From contig JBGOTO010000002.1 of NCBI GenBank assembly GCA_041476485.1, positions 1 through 50,804 on the forward strand: a stretch of 50,804 nucleotides of DNA, in the 5' to 3' direction. Made by a program: the position numbers and the translations under genes. This stretch comes from Nitrospirota bacterium (GTDB lineage Bacteria; Nitrospirota; UBA9217). Below are positions 7,256-16,310 of the stretch, in pieces. A model generated the notes under the pieces. It worked only from the letters and a program-made list of their open reading frames with translations, was not told the DNA's origin and ran no database searches. Numbering within the stretch: position 1 is the stretch's first letter; each line of letters starts with the position of its first letter.

Positions 7256-8341
7256 TTACGTGGTCTTCTGCATCCGCATCAGTATGACTATCGACGTCGC
7301 CGCAAACAGAATGTTCGCCATCCATGCCGCGACCACCGGCGGGAGGGCGCCCGAGTTTCCGAGAGACGCTCCCACGCTCAAAAGCGTCAGGTACACAAAG
7401 GCGATCAGGACGGCGAATGCAAATCCTTTCGCCGCCCCTCCCGCGCGCACCTTGTGGATCGAGAAGGGGATGGAGATCAGCACCATCAGCAAGCTGGCGA
7501 AGGGAAACGAAAGCTTGCTGTGCAGGTCGACCTCATACTGGGCGGCGTTGTAACCGCTTTTCTTAAGCCGCTTTACGTAATCCCACATTTCGGCGAAGCT
7601 CATTTCCTCGGAGTCCTTCACGATCATGCCGAGGTTTTCGGGGTTCTCGACGATATTGAACGCTTCGCCGTCTGAGGCATGGGAGCGCACGGTATCGCCG
7701 TGCATGACGTACGTGCGGCTCTGTTTAAGCCTCCATGCGCCGTTCTCCCAAATAAGTCTGTCCGCGATGATCCGTTCACGCACGGAATAGTCCGGGTTGA
7801 GTTTGTAGACGTGCAGACCCAACATCTCGGTCCGGTTCGGCGAGACGATTTCGATGTTCGCTATGCTGTTGTCCGGCCCCCGGAGCCACAGCTTTTTTTG
7901 CTGGAACATGGCCTGCTGTTGTTTTTTTTCTATTTCCACCAGGCGGATATAATTTGCGTGGGAGCTGGAAACCGGCATGATGAACTCGTTGTTGATGAAT
8001 CCGAAGAGGGACAGCAGCAAGCCGCCTGTCAGCAAGGGCGTAATGATTTTTCCCAGGCTGACCCCGCTGGCCCTCATGGCGATGATCTCGTTGTGGCGCG
8101 AGAGGTTGCCGAGCGAAAGGAGCGCCGCAATGAGCGTGGCCAGGGGAAGCGACATGGTGACCATGACGGGCATGCTGTAGAGAAAATATTTGGCCACCTG
8201 GGGGATCGTCGCATGGAATTTAATGAGCCTGTCCGCCTTTTGCAGGAATTCGACGCAGAGATACACGATCAGAATGCCGGCAAGGACGCCCCCGACGAGG
8301 GAAATAAATTCCTTGAATATATGTTTGCTGAGCAGTGTCAT
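7256..8341 (-). CDS. lptG: LPS export ABC permease (YjgP/YjgQ family), LptG by gene order
   Basis: 361 aa with three TM helices, a large periplasmic domain, then three more TM helices. It is the second of two paralogous permease genes. Confidence 0.8.
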   Translation of the reverse strand: MTLLSKHIFKEFISLVGGVLAGILIVYLCVEFLQKADRLIKFHATIPQVAKYFLYSMPVMVTMSLPLATLIAALLSLGNLSRHNEIIAMRASGVSLGKIITPLLTGGLLLSLFGFINNEFIMPVSSSHANYIRLVEIEKKQQQAMFQQKKLWLRGPDNSIANIEIVSPNRTEMLGLHVYKLNPDYSVRERIIADRLIWENGAWRLKQSRTYVMHGDTVRSHASDGEAFNIVENPENLGMIVKDSEEMSFAEMWDYVKRLKKSGYNAAQYEVDLHSKLSFPFASLLMVLISIPFSIHKVRAGGAAKGFAFAVLIAFVYLTLLSVGASLGNSGALPPVVAAWMANILFAATSIVILMRMQKTT

Positions 8342-8385
8342 GGCGGTTTCGAGAGCGTGCTTCCTTGTTTTCTTACTTTCTTACT

Positions 8386-8410
8386 TATTTACTCAGGTCA
8401 GCCACTCGCT
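8386..8410. repeat. GACCTGAGTA-type short dispersed repeat (copy 1) in the lptF-lptG spacer
   Basis: tactcaggtcagcca (15-mer) is identical to 32848-32862. A related copy is at 43099-43114. Confidence 0.4.
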
Positions 8411-9618
8411 TACCGCGAGGGCTTCCCAGGCGGCATGACCCGGTTCTTGATGCCGTAGTACGCGGAGCTGATTCTGTGGGCGATCATAAAATCCGTCTCG
8501 CGTCCTTTGATCAACACAAAGAGCCCTGCCGCGAGGACCATGACCAAGTTCGGCGCCCAATAGGCCACGGCGGGGTTGACGGTCCCTGTTTCGGCAAGGT
8601 TGGTGGCGGAACCCAAAACGATGTAGTAGAGCAGAAAGACCATAAGTGCGACGGCCACCCCGGCGGACTTTCCGGAGCGGCTTTGCCGTATGCCCAGCGG
8701 GGCGCCGATAAGCCCCAGGATAAGACAGGCGAAGGGAAGCGAAAGCCGTTTGTGCAGCTCGGTCTCCGCGGAGTAGGACGGCTTGCCTTCCGTTCGCAGC
8801 CGATTGATCTCCCGGACCAGCTCCACGCTCCCAAAGTCCTCGTAGCCTTTCCGGGGAGATCCCCTTTGTACCAGCGCGTTGTTGATGTCGAGATAGAGGC
8901 GGCCTGAGTCGAACCCCATGAGCGAGTAGGCCTGCTCTTCCTTGGGCTGGAAGTGAATGGACCCCTCCTGCATCGCGAGGGTGACATTCAACGACTTGGG
9001 GTCGGCAATGAGCTTGCCCCGCCTGGCCACGATGGCGAACGGCTCCTTCGCCGACCGTTCGTCGGATATGAAAATACCTTCAATCTTGTCAAGCGATTCC
9101 ATTTTGTCCGCATAGATGACCATGCCGTCGAAGGTGCTGCTGAAGACGCCGGGCTCGATGCCGACCATGGCCCGTGATTTTACCATGGTGAACAGGTGCG
9201 ACTTGAGCGCGGCGTCGGCTCCGGGCACCAGCGTGAGCGAGACGACCGCGGTCATACAGAAGGAAACCAGCGCAAAGAAGATGACCGGCCGGATCATGCT
9301 GTAGAGGCTGATGCGGGAAGCTTTCATGGCGGTCACCTCGGAGTCGGCGCTCAAGCGGGCGAAGGCCGTGAGTGAAGCGACGAGGAGCGACATCGGGATC
9401 GTGATGACCAGGAAGCTCGGCATGACATAGGCAAACACCTTGACGACCGACAGCAGCGTGGCGCCTTTGGAAACGACGAGATCGGCGAGCTTGAACAGCT
9501 TCTGGAGGAAAAGCACGAGCATGAGCACCGCCATGCTGAGCAAGAACGGCGGCAGCATCTCGCGGAAGATATAACGGTCCAATATTCTGACGTTGTTCAT
9601 TATTCTGACGGCGCCCAT
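8410..9618 (-). CDS. lptF: LPS export ABC permease (YjgP/YjgQ family), LptF by gene order
   Basis: N-terminal ILDRYIFREMLPPFL and the 3+3 TM architecture. AGGAAA lies 5 nt upstream of ATG 9618. Confidence 0.8.
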   Translation of the reverse strand: MGAVRIMNNVRILDRYIFREMLPPFLLSMAVLMLVLFLQKLFKLADLVVSKGATLLSVVKVFAYVMPSFLVITIPMSLLVASLTAFARLSADSEVTAMKASRISLYSMIRPVIFFALVSFCMTAVVSLTLVPGADAALKSHLFTMVKSRAMVGIEPGVFSSTFDGMVIYADKMESLDKIEGIFISDERSAKEPFAIVARRGKLIADPKSLNVTLAMQEGSIHFQPKEEQAYSLMGFDSGRLYLDINNALVQRGSPRKGYEDFGSVELVREINRLRTEGKPSYSAETELHKRLSLPFACLILGLIGAPLGIRQSRSGKSAGVAVALMVFLLYYIVLGSATNLAETGTVNPAVAYWAPNLVMVLAAGLFVLIKGRETDFMIAHRISSAYYGIKNRVMPPGKPSR

Positions 9619-9620
9619 CG

Positions 9621-11441
9621 CTATTTCCTGATTTCCTCGAGGATGTTCCCTTCGATTTTGTTCATGTCGAAGTAGTCTTTTTCGAGTTCCTCAACGTAAA
9701 ACCGGTCGAGACCGCTGTTCACCAGGAAGTCTTCGCGCACACGGCTGTCGCGGGACACGATGATGTGCGGAAGGAGGTTGTTGAGGTAGAACGATTCTTT
9801 CCGAATGTCCAGGATGATTTCCTCGAATACGCCGTGCGGCACCGGGCCCTGCACGATCCCCCGGGACTGGATCTCCCGGTTGAGGTCCTGAATGAATATC
9901 TCCTGATCGTCCTTCGAGTTCAATTCCGCATAAATGCTCTTGAACCGGTCCTTGATATGACGGTGGATGGCGGTATACAGCTTGTCGTCGTCGTTGATTT
10001 TGGCGAGTGATGCGGCAAGCTCGCGGTAGGTGGTGTCGCCCGCCTTGATTTCCGGGAGTCCCTGAAAAAGGCTGTCGACTTTTTTCCGTCCGTAGCGGGT
10101 CAGGTAGCGGTTGTCCCGCAAAGGGTCGATAAACAGCTCGCGGAACAGCTCTGCGCTGATCTGGTCGAAAACCGTCTTATTGCCGGATAGGCTGCGGATG
10201 TTGTCTTCGCTCAAGGTCGAGTTCTCCATGAAGGCGAGGTTGTTGATACTGGTTGCCGTGCTGTCGTACCGGTCGAAGTAGGTGAGGATGGAACTCATGG
10301 ACTCGAGCACGGACAGGTCGTTGGTGTCCCGCGCGTGCTCGTCGCAGGCGCGGACCGTGTCGAGCAGAAGCCCTTCGAAGGTCTGATCGTGCTGGATGGT
10401 CGATTTTTGCTTGGCCCGCAACAGCTTCACAAGGTCTTCCTGCGAGAGCTGGCCTTTTATTTTGTCCGCCCTGAAGAACAGTCCCTCGAAGATCGCACGG
10501 GTGTCCTTTACGTAGTCGGGTTCCTCCACCTCGATGATTTGCATGTCTTTGAGAAGAAGCTCGTCGAGGGTGTCGAACAGCGTATGCGGTATGTTGAGGC
10601 GCAGGCTCAGGGTCCGGAGCCGCGAGAGCTTTGCCAGTTCCGAGGGGTTTACCTCTTCTTTCTCTGATACGGAAATGAGGATGTCCTTATATTCATCGAC
10701 GATCTTTTTGTTTTCAGGGAGCTTGTACATCCCGTCGATCTTGATGCGTTCCTGCTGGTAGGGGATGATGTTGTACTTTTTTGCCAGGCCGTCCAGGACG
10801 GCAAACGAGCCGGGGGAAAGCATTTTCTGCTCGGTGTAGAGTTTGTTGAACGTATGAAAGTATTCCTCGTTGTGTCTGTTCAGGAGGCGGAAAAGAAAGA
10901 CGAGGGCCTTGGGGTCCCCAAGCGCGTCGAAAATCTCCCGGCAGAGTCTGGTGTCGTCGGCCGCGCCCACGGTCGTGCTCCGTTTGAGCTGTTTGCCGAT
11001 GTTTCTGAGGATGTCGCGCTGCAGGTCCTTCATCTCGGCCTTGAGCGAGGTGTGCACGAAGAAATAATAGTTCGAGACCGCATGACCGGTGAGAAAAACG
11101 TGATCGAACGTTTCCTTGCCCCCCGTATCGTTGGTGAAGGTAATGTTCTCCGTCTTGTCGTAAAACGCGCCGTACATGACCAATCGGTTTGAAACGTCTT
11201 TCCGAAGGAGGTCTTTGAGCGGAAGATCGACGCCGAACATGTATTCGCACAAGCTGCCGCCCGAACCCGTGTAGGCGATGCCGGTCGGAGATATGACGAA
11301 TTCGTTCCCCCCGGAAAAGAAGCGGTCGCCGTTCGGGAGCGATTCGTAGTAGTACCGGTTGCTTAAATCGGCGCCGGTGATGGTGACGAAATAATCGATT
11401 CTTTCGTCGGCCTGACCGTGCAATTTGGTTTCATGGATCAT
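9621..11441 (-). CDS. Hypothetical 606-aa cytoplasmic protein, coupled to lptF
   Basis: Long ORF with normal composition and no TM segment or motif I can name. Its stop lies 2 nt from the lptF ATG. Confidence 0.75.
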   Translation of the reverse strand: MIHETKLHGQADERIDYFVTITGADLSNRYYYESLPNGDRFFSGGNEFVISPTGIAYTGSGGSLCEYMFGVDLPLKDLLRKDVSNRLVMYGAFYDKTENITFTNDTGGKETFDHVFLTGHAVSNYYFFVHTSLKAEMKDLQRDILRNIGKQLKRSTTVGAADDTRLCREIFDALGDPKALVFLFRLLNRHNEEYFHTFNKLYTEQKMLSPGSFAVLDGLAKKYNIIPYQQERIKIDGMYKLPENKKIVDEYKDILISVSEKEEVNPSELAKLSRLRTLSLRLNIPHTLFDTLDELLLKDMQIIEVEEPDYVKDTRAIFEGLFFRADKIKGQLSQEDLVKLLRAKQKSTIQHDQTFEGLLLDTVRACDEHARDTNDLSVLESMSSILTYFDRYDSTATSINNLAFMENSTLSEDNIRSLSGNKTVFDQISAELFRELFIDPLRDNRYLTRYGRKKVDSLFQGLPEIKAGDTTYRELAASLAKINDDDKLYTAIHRHIKDRFKSIYAELNSKDDQEIFIQDLNREIQSRGIVQGPVPHGVFEEIILDIRKESFYLNNLLPHIIVSRDSRVREDFLVNSGLDRFYVEELEKDYFDMNKIEGNILEEIRK

Positions 11442-11641
11442 ACCGACACATTATAACAAACAAGCTTGATTTTTCAAAGGAAAAGTTGAGGGGAGTAGAA
11501 ATAAGAAATGAGCGATCCCTGCCTTGCACGGTGCTGATTACAGGAAGTGGCTACGGTATAAAAGCTTGTCGATAATTTATGGTATTATAATATAGAGCCA
11601 ACGGCCACCGATAGACCATCAGTAATTCTGAGAATATATAA

Positions 11642-12598
11642 ATGAAAAAGACCGGATTTCTTTATGACGAACGTTTTCTGCTCCACCGCACGGGGCCTGA
11701 ACATCCGGAATCGCCGGAGCGGCTGCTCGCGATCTACCGGGGAATTGAAGATGCGGGGCTCCTTCCCCGGTTGACCCTGATGAAAGCCGAACGGGCCAGG
11801 CAGGAATGGATAGAGGCCGTCCACAGCGTGAAGCTCATCACGCGCTTTGAAGACGCGTGCCGTTCGGGGCTGGACATCCTTGACAATCCCGATAATAAGA
11901 TAAGCAGCGAAAGCTTTGAAACCGCTCTGCTGGCCGTGGGCGGCGTCGTCGGCGCGGCGGAGCGGGTGATGAAAGGCGAGCTCCACAATGCCTTCTGCGC
12001 GGTGAGGCCCCCGGGACATCATGCGGAAGTCAACAGGGCCATGGGCTTTTGTTTTTTCAATAACGTGGCCATCGCCGCCCGGTATTTGCAACACACCTGG
12101 GGAATAAAGCGGATCGGCATCGTGGACTTCGATGTCCATCACGGCAACGGCACGCAGGCCATCTTCGACGATGATCCTTCGGTGTTCTATTATTCCATCC
12201 ATGAGCATCCGTCGTTCGCCTATCCCGGCACCGGCAGGGAATTCGAGAAGGGCTCGGGTCCCGGTTTGGGGTCCACTCTGAATTCTCCCGTGCTTCCCGG
12301 CCAGGGAGACTTGGAATATAAAGAGTCGTTTGAAAATTGGCTGCTCCCAGCCTTCGAAACATTTAAGCCTGAGGTGATCCTTGTATCAGCTGGGTTTGAT
12401 GCCCATATCGACGACGACATGTCGGACGTACACCTTTCCACGGCCTGCTTTTCCTGGATGATGAAACAGATCGTAGGAATGGCCGACCGGTATTCGCAGG
12501 GCAGGGTCATTTCCGTGCTTGAAGGGGGCTACTCGATCAACCGTTTGCCTGAACTGGCAAGAAACCATATCGAAATCCTGCTGGGCAGTAAAACCTGA
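11642..12598 (+). CDS. Histone-deacetylase-family deacetylase (AcuC / acetylpolyamine amidohydrolase-like)
   Basis: RPPGHHA, DFDVHHGNGTQ and EGGY motifs. Confidence 0.9.
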   Translation: MKKTGFLYDERFLLHRTGPEHPESPERLLAIYRGIEDAGLLPRLTLMKAERARQEWIEAVHSVKLITRFEDACRSGLDILDNPDNKISSESFETALLAVGGVVGAAERVMKGELHNAFCAVRPPGHHAEVNRAMGFCFFNNVAIAARYLQHTWGIKRIGIVDFDVHHGNGTQAIFDDDPSVFYYSIHEHPSFAYPGTGREFEKGSGPGLGSTLNSPVLPGQGDLEYKESFENWLLPAFETFKPEVILVSAGFDAHIDDDMSDVHLSTACFSWMMKQIVGMADRYSQGRVISVLEGGYSINRLPELARNHIEILLGSKT

Positions 12599-12608
12599 AG
12601 GGGGCGTT

Positions 12609-13286
12609 ATGTTTATCAACAAGTCGATGACGAGAGACGTTATTACGGTCCGCGGGGAGGCCGGCCTTTTTGAGGCGAAGGAGAAGATGGAGCTGCACAA
12701 TATCAGACACCTTCCCGTGGTGACGGCGAATAATACTCTGGCCGGGATCATAACCGACCGCGACATACGAAGCGCCCTGCCGTCCGTGTTCACGCTCCAA
12801 ATGCACGATCCCCAGGAGGTGGAAGGGATCGCCAATCTCAAGGTCAAGGACGTTATGTCGAAAAGCCCCATCACCATTTCTCCGATGAACACCCTGGGGG
12901 ACGCGCTACTGCTGATGCACAGGGCGCGCAAAGGGGCGCTTCCGGTCGTCGACAAGCAGGGAAACCTCGCGGGGATCATCTCTACCAGCGACGTGATCCG
13001 CTCGTTCATCAATGTACTGGGGATCGAACAGCCCGGCACCCTTTTGTGCATACTCGCGGAGGAGAAGGTCGGGGAAATGAAGAGAATTGTCGACGCCATT
13101 ACCGAGGAAGGGATATCCTTCGGGAGCATCCTTGTCGCGAATTATGGGGACGTGGGAAAACGGGCGGTCTATCCGTACTTGCTGACGAACAATGTCGCGA
13201 GAGTAAAAAAGAAACTCGAGAGCATGGGATTTACCTTACTCGACCCGTCCGAATGGTCCCTGGACAAATTCACCGATAGATCATAG
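12609..13286 (+). CDS. CBS-pair protein with C-terminal ACT-like domain (AcuB-like)
   Basis: Two CBS motifs (MTRDVITV...HNIRHLPVV; VMSKSPITI...ALPVVD). ATG 12609 follows a GAAGGGGG RBS. The track ORF start at 12519 overlaps the upstream gene. Confidence 0.8.
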   Translation: MFINKSMTRDVITVRGEAGLFEAKEKMELHNIRHLPVVTANNTLAGIITDRDIRSALPSVFTLQMHDPQEVEGIANLKVKDVMSKSPITISPMNTLGDALLLMHRARKGALPVVDKQGNLAGIISTSDVIRSFINVLGIEQPGTLLCILAEEKVGEMKRIVDAITEEGISFGSILVANYGDVGKRAVYPYLLTNNVARVKKKLESMGFTLLDPSEWSLDKFTDRS

Positions 13287-13311
13287 TCGTAACTTCCTGT
13301 TTTTTTGCTTT

Positions 13312-13336
13312 CTTCGTGACTTCGTGTCTTTGTGGC
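13312..13336. repeat. CTTCGTG-type short dispersed repeat (copy 1)
   Basis: cttcgtgacttcgtgtctttgtggc matches 30478-30502 at 21/25 positions, and its reverse complement matches 30436-30453. Confidence 0.4.
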
Positions 13337-13386
13337 AATATTGGGTTCTTGCCTGGCGTCAAAGACCGACCCCGTCTTTTTTCCTC

Positions 13387-13415
13387 TTGATACAGCCGGA
13401 GATACGTCGTATAAT
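13387..13415 (+). promoter_or_regulatory. Sigma70-type promoter upstream of the TlpA-like gene
   Basis: TTGATA (13387-13392), 17-nt spacer, TATAAT (13410-13415), about 50 nt upstream of ATG 13468. Confidence 0.55.
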
Positions 13416-13467
13416 ACACGTCCTCAATAGTGACTCGGGTCCTGTCTCAAACAGAAAAGGCGGGGAT

Positions 13468-14025
13468 ATGGCAACAAAAGAAACGAAGGGCAGCGCAAAG
13501 CAGACGGTTTTTCTTGTCATACTTATCCTCTTTGCAGTTGTCTTCGCCATAAGTCTTCTCGTCAAGGACCGGCATGCCGCAAAAAAAATCATTGCCAGCG
13601 GCGACCGGGCCCCCGAGTTTCGTTTGCAGACCCTGGACGGCCGTCAGGTAAGCCTGTCGGATTTCCGGGGCAAGGTAGTGCTGGTCCACTTCTGGGCCAC
13701 CTGGTGCCCGCCCTGCGTGGATGAGATCCCGACGCTTGACAGGCTGTACCATGAACTCGGGGGCAGGGATTTAGAGCTGCTCGCAGTAAGCGCGGACGAA
13801 GGCGGCGCGGACGCGGTAACGGCGTTCATGAAAAAAAACAGAATTGATGTTCCCGTGCTGCTGGATCCGGACCGGAAGGTTGCCGGACTCTACGGCACCT
13901 ACAAGTTTCCCGAGACGTACATTGTGGACCGGCAGGGCGTGGTCCGGTACAAAGCGATCGGCCCGAGGGACTGGGGAGAACCGGAGAGTGCAAGGATTGT
14001 GCGGGAGATCATCGGGACAAGATAA
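13468..14025 (+). CDS. TlpA/ResA-family membrane-anchored thiol:disulfide oxidoreductase
   Basis: N-terminal TM anchor and thioredoxin motif WATWCPPC. ATG 13468 is preceded by AAAAGGCGGGG. Confidence 0.85.
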   Translation: MATKETKGSAKQTVFLVILILFAVVFAISLLVKDRHAAKKIIASGDRAPEFRLQTLDGRQVSLSDFRGKVVLVHFWATWCPPCVDEIPTLDRLYHELGGRDLELLAVSADEGGADAVTAFMKKNRIDVPVLLDPDRKVAGLYGTYKFPETYIVDRQGVVRYKAIGPRDWGEPESARIVREIIGTR

Positions 14026-14106
14026 CGAAATGACGGCAGAGAAGAACAATTTGGAGAAGGGATAAACCTCGCCAAGCATCGGGTGAGAAAAAAATAGAAC
14101 AGTATC

Positions 14107-15261
14107 ATGAGAAAGTATCTGCTTTTCGGGTCCGGGGCCATCGCGCTCTCGGCCCTTATCATTATTGCCTGGATCGTTCCGGCTCTCTCCGGCCTGCCTG
14201 ACGTATCATTCCTGAAACAGTACCGGCCCCCCTCTGCCGCCGAAGTCCTTGATAAAGACGGCAACTTCCTGACCGGCTACTACGACCGTAAGTTCCGGAT
14301 ATGGACGCCTTTGTCCGGCCTTCCCGATATCGTCATCCAGGCGGTGGTGATCGCGGAGGACGACACCTTTTTCGAGCACCATGGGGTCAATTACCGGGCG
14401 ACCTGGGACGCTATGGTCCACGACGTCCAGAAGCACCGGTTCGCGCGGGGCGGAAGCACGATCACGCAGCAGATGATCAAGAACGTCCTCCTCTCCCGGG
14501 AAAAGACGATCAGCCGCAAGGTGCGCGAATACGTCCTTGCCAGGAAAGCGGAAGAAATCCTCACGAAGCGGCAGATACTCGAGATTTACCTGAACGAGGT
14601 CGAGTGGGGGGAGAATATTTACGGCATCGAGGCCGCAAGCCGCTTCTACCTGGACAAGCATGCCGCGGAACTTACGCAGTCCGAGGCGTCGCTTCTGGCC
14701 GGGATGCTTCCGAACCCGCGTTATTACAATCCCTACAAGCATGCGGACAAGACGAGGGAACGCCAGGAGCGGGTGTTGTTCAATATGCAGCAGGCAAAAA
14801 TCATCACTCCGGAAGAATATGCCGCGGCCCTTTCGGCCCCTCTTATCCTGAGACCGGAGGAGGGAGGCAAGCTCTCCCTTCCCGGCTTCGGGACAAAAAA
14901 CGGAAGGCCCGGCTATCAGCATGCGCTCGAAAAAATTCTTGTCGCCCTGTTCGGTGAACCAATGCTGTACCGTACCGGCAGGACCGTCAAAACAACGCTC
15001 GATAGAGGGCTGCAGGAGGAACTGCAACACTGGGAAGAATCGCAGCCAGGCGGAGCGTCGGACAATTTCGACAGGGTCACGGTCATACGCCAGGGCGAAC
15101 AGATCCGGGCGATCGTTTGCGTCCTGGGCAGGGAACCGGAGCTGCGGTCAAAACTGGAGTCCCTCGGCCCTCAGTACAGCGGGTATGCGATTGACACGGT
15201 ATCGCCGGAAGCGGTCCTGCGCGATCAGATCATCCTGGCCCCGGGCGCGAAAGTGAAGTGA
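14107..15261 (+). CDS. Monofunctional GT51 peptidoglycan glycosyltransferase with a PBP1-linker-like C-terminal extension
   Basis: EDDTFFEHHGV, RGGSTITQQ and RKxxE motifs with an N-terminal TM helix. The C-terminus has GRTVKTTLD but no SxxK transpeptidase motif. Confidence 0.85.
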   Translation: MRKYLLFGSGAIALSALIIIAWIVPALSGLPDVSFLKQYRPPSAAEVLDKDGNFLTGYYDRKFRIWTPLSGLPDIVIQAVVIAEDDTFFEHHGVNYRATWDAMVHDVQKHRFARGGSTITQQMIKNVLLSREKTISRKVREYVLARKAEEILTKRQILEIYLNEVEWGENIYGIEAASRFYLDKHAAELTQSEASLLAGMLPNPRYYNPYKHADKTRERQERVLFNMQQAKIITPEEYAAALSAPLILRPEEGGKLSLPGFGTKNGRPGYQHALEKILVALFGEPMLYRTGRTVKTTLDRGLQEELQHWEESQPGGASDNFDRVTVIRQGEQIRAIVCVLGREPELRSKLESLGPQYSGYAIDTVSPEAVLRDQIILAPGAKVK

Positions 15262-15265
15262 CCTC

Positions 15266-16261
15266 TCAAAACTCGATGTTCGGACGGATGATGAACTGAA
15301 AATCGTTCTTCTCCCTGCCCTCGGCGAGCGGGCCGCTGTATTTCTTCGCCGACTCCCACACAAAGCCGAGCGCGAGAGAAAAGGCCATCTTTTTATTTTC
15401 AAAGGGCCACTTCTTGTCCACGTAGAAATAATGACGGATGGGGCTGAGCGAGCGCCGGTCCATGTCGTAGGTGTATTCAAACCCGCTGTTGTTGAACAGG
15501 GAAGATCCCTCAGGTTTGTAATCGAGCCGGCTTCTCCGGACAGAGACGTAGAGGATGTCCGTGATGTAGGGGTTCCCGTGCAGCTTTGCGCCCGCCCGAA
15601 AGCTCCAAGAGAGCTTCTTAACCGGCGACTTCAGGTCGCCTTTTATTTTCCATTCGTATTCCCGCCATTCGTCCTGGATCAGCACATTGTCCTTAATATG
15701 ATAGTTACCGACACTGAACAGGTACCCGCTGTATCCGAGCCCCTTGGTATCTTTGCTGCCGGGGATGCTGAAGTTCGCGACATTGCCGGCGAAAACGGAG
15801 AAAGCGTACGGTTCCTCGAACCCAGCGGTGAGGGCCTTGAGCCAGTTGAAGCTTCCGGATATTTGCGCGTTGTCGTAAGCGCTTCCATTGTGCTCCCTGA
15901 TGAAGGTGCCGAGGTAGGGCATGGGGTTGACGCTCGCTTCCAGCACCAGAAACTGGGGCAAGACGGCCGCGCGCGAGAGAAGCGTTCCGTAGATTTCCGA
16001 CTCGGTCTGTTCTCCGAGATGGGGAATGGGGGACCTAGTAAGGGCTATGATGAGATCGAGGTCGGTGTAGTAGGCGTCCGGTTCGAACACGATTTTGAAC
16101 CGTCTGAATTCCTCGGCCGCCGGGGCCGGCGCTTTCTGCGTATCGTCAGGCCTGGACGGCGCCCCGAAGACGGTACGCGCCGCCAGGAGAAGAGAAACCA
16201 GAAGGAGGAGCGAGAACGAGACGTGATGGGGCATCTTCAGCGCATGAAAAAGACGAAGCAT
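15266..16261 (-). CDS. Putative outer-membrane beta-barrel protein
   Basis: Signal-peptide-like SLLLLVSLLLAARTVFGA, alternating beta-strand pattern, and a C-terminal ...IIRPNIEF ending in Phe. The start is ambiguous (16330, 16261 or 16234). Confidence 0.6.
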   Translation of the reverse strand: MLRLFHALKMPHHVSFSLLLLVSLLLAARTVFGAPSRPDDTQKAPAPAAEEFRRFKIVFEPDAYYTDLDLIIALTRSPIPHLGEQTESEIYGTLLSRAAVLPQFLVLEASVNPMPYLGTFIREHNGSAYDNAQISGSFNWLKALTAGFEEPYAFSVFAGNVANFSIPGSKDTKGLGYSGYLFSVGNYHIKDNVLIQDEWREYEWKIKGDLKSPVKKLSWSFRAGAKLHGNPYITDILYVSVRRSRLDYKPEGSSLFNNSGFEYTYDMDRRSLSPIRHYFYVDKKWPFENKKMAFSLALGFVWESAKKYSGPLAEGREKNDFQFIIRPNIEF

Positions 16262-16310
16262 GCCGGAGCATAGCACAGGAAAACGTCGAAGGAAAGCCAA
16301 AAATATGCCG

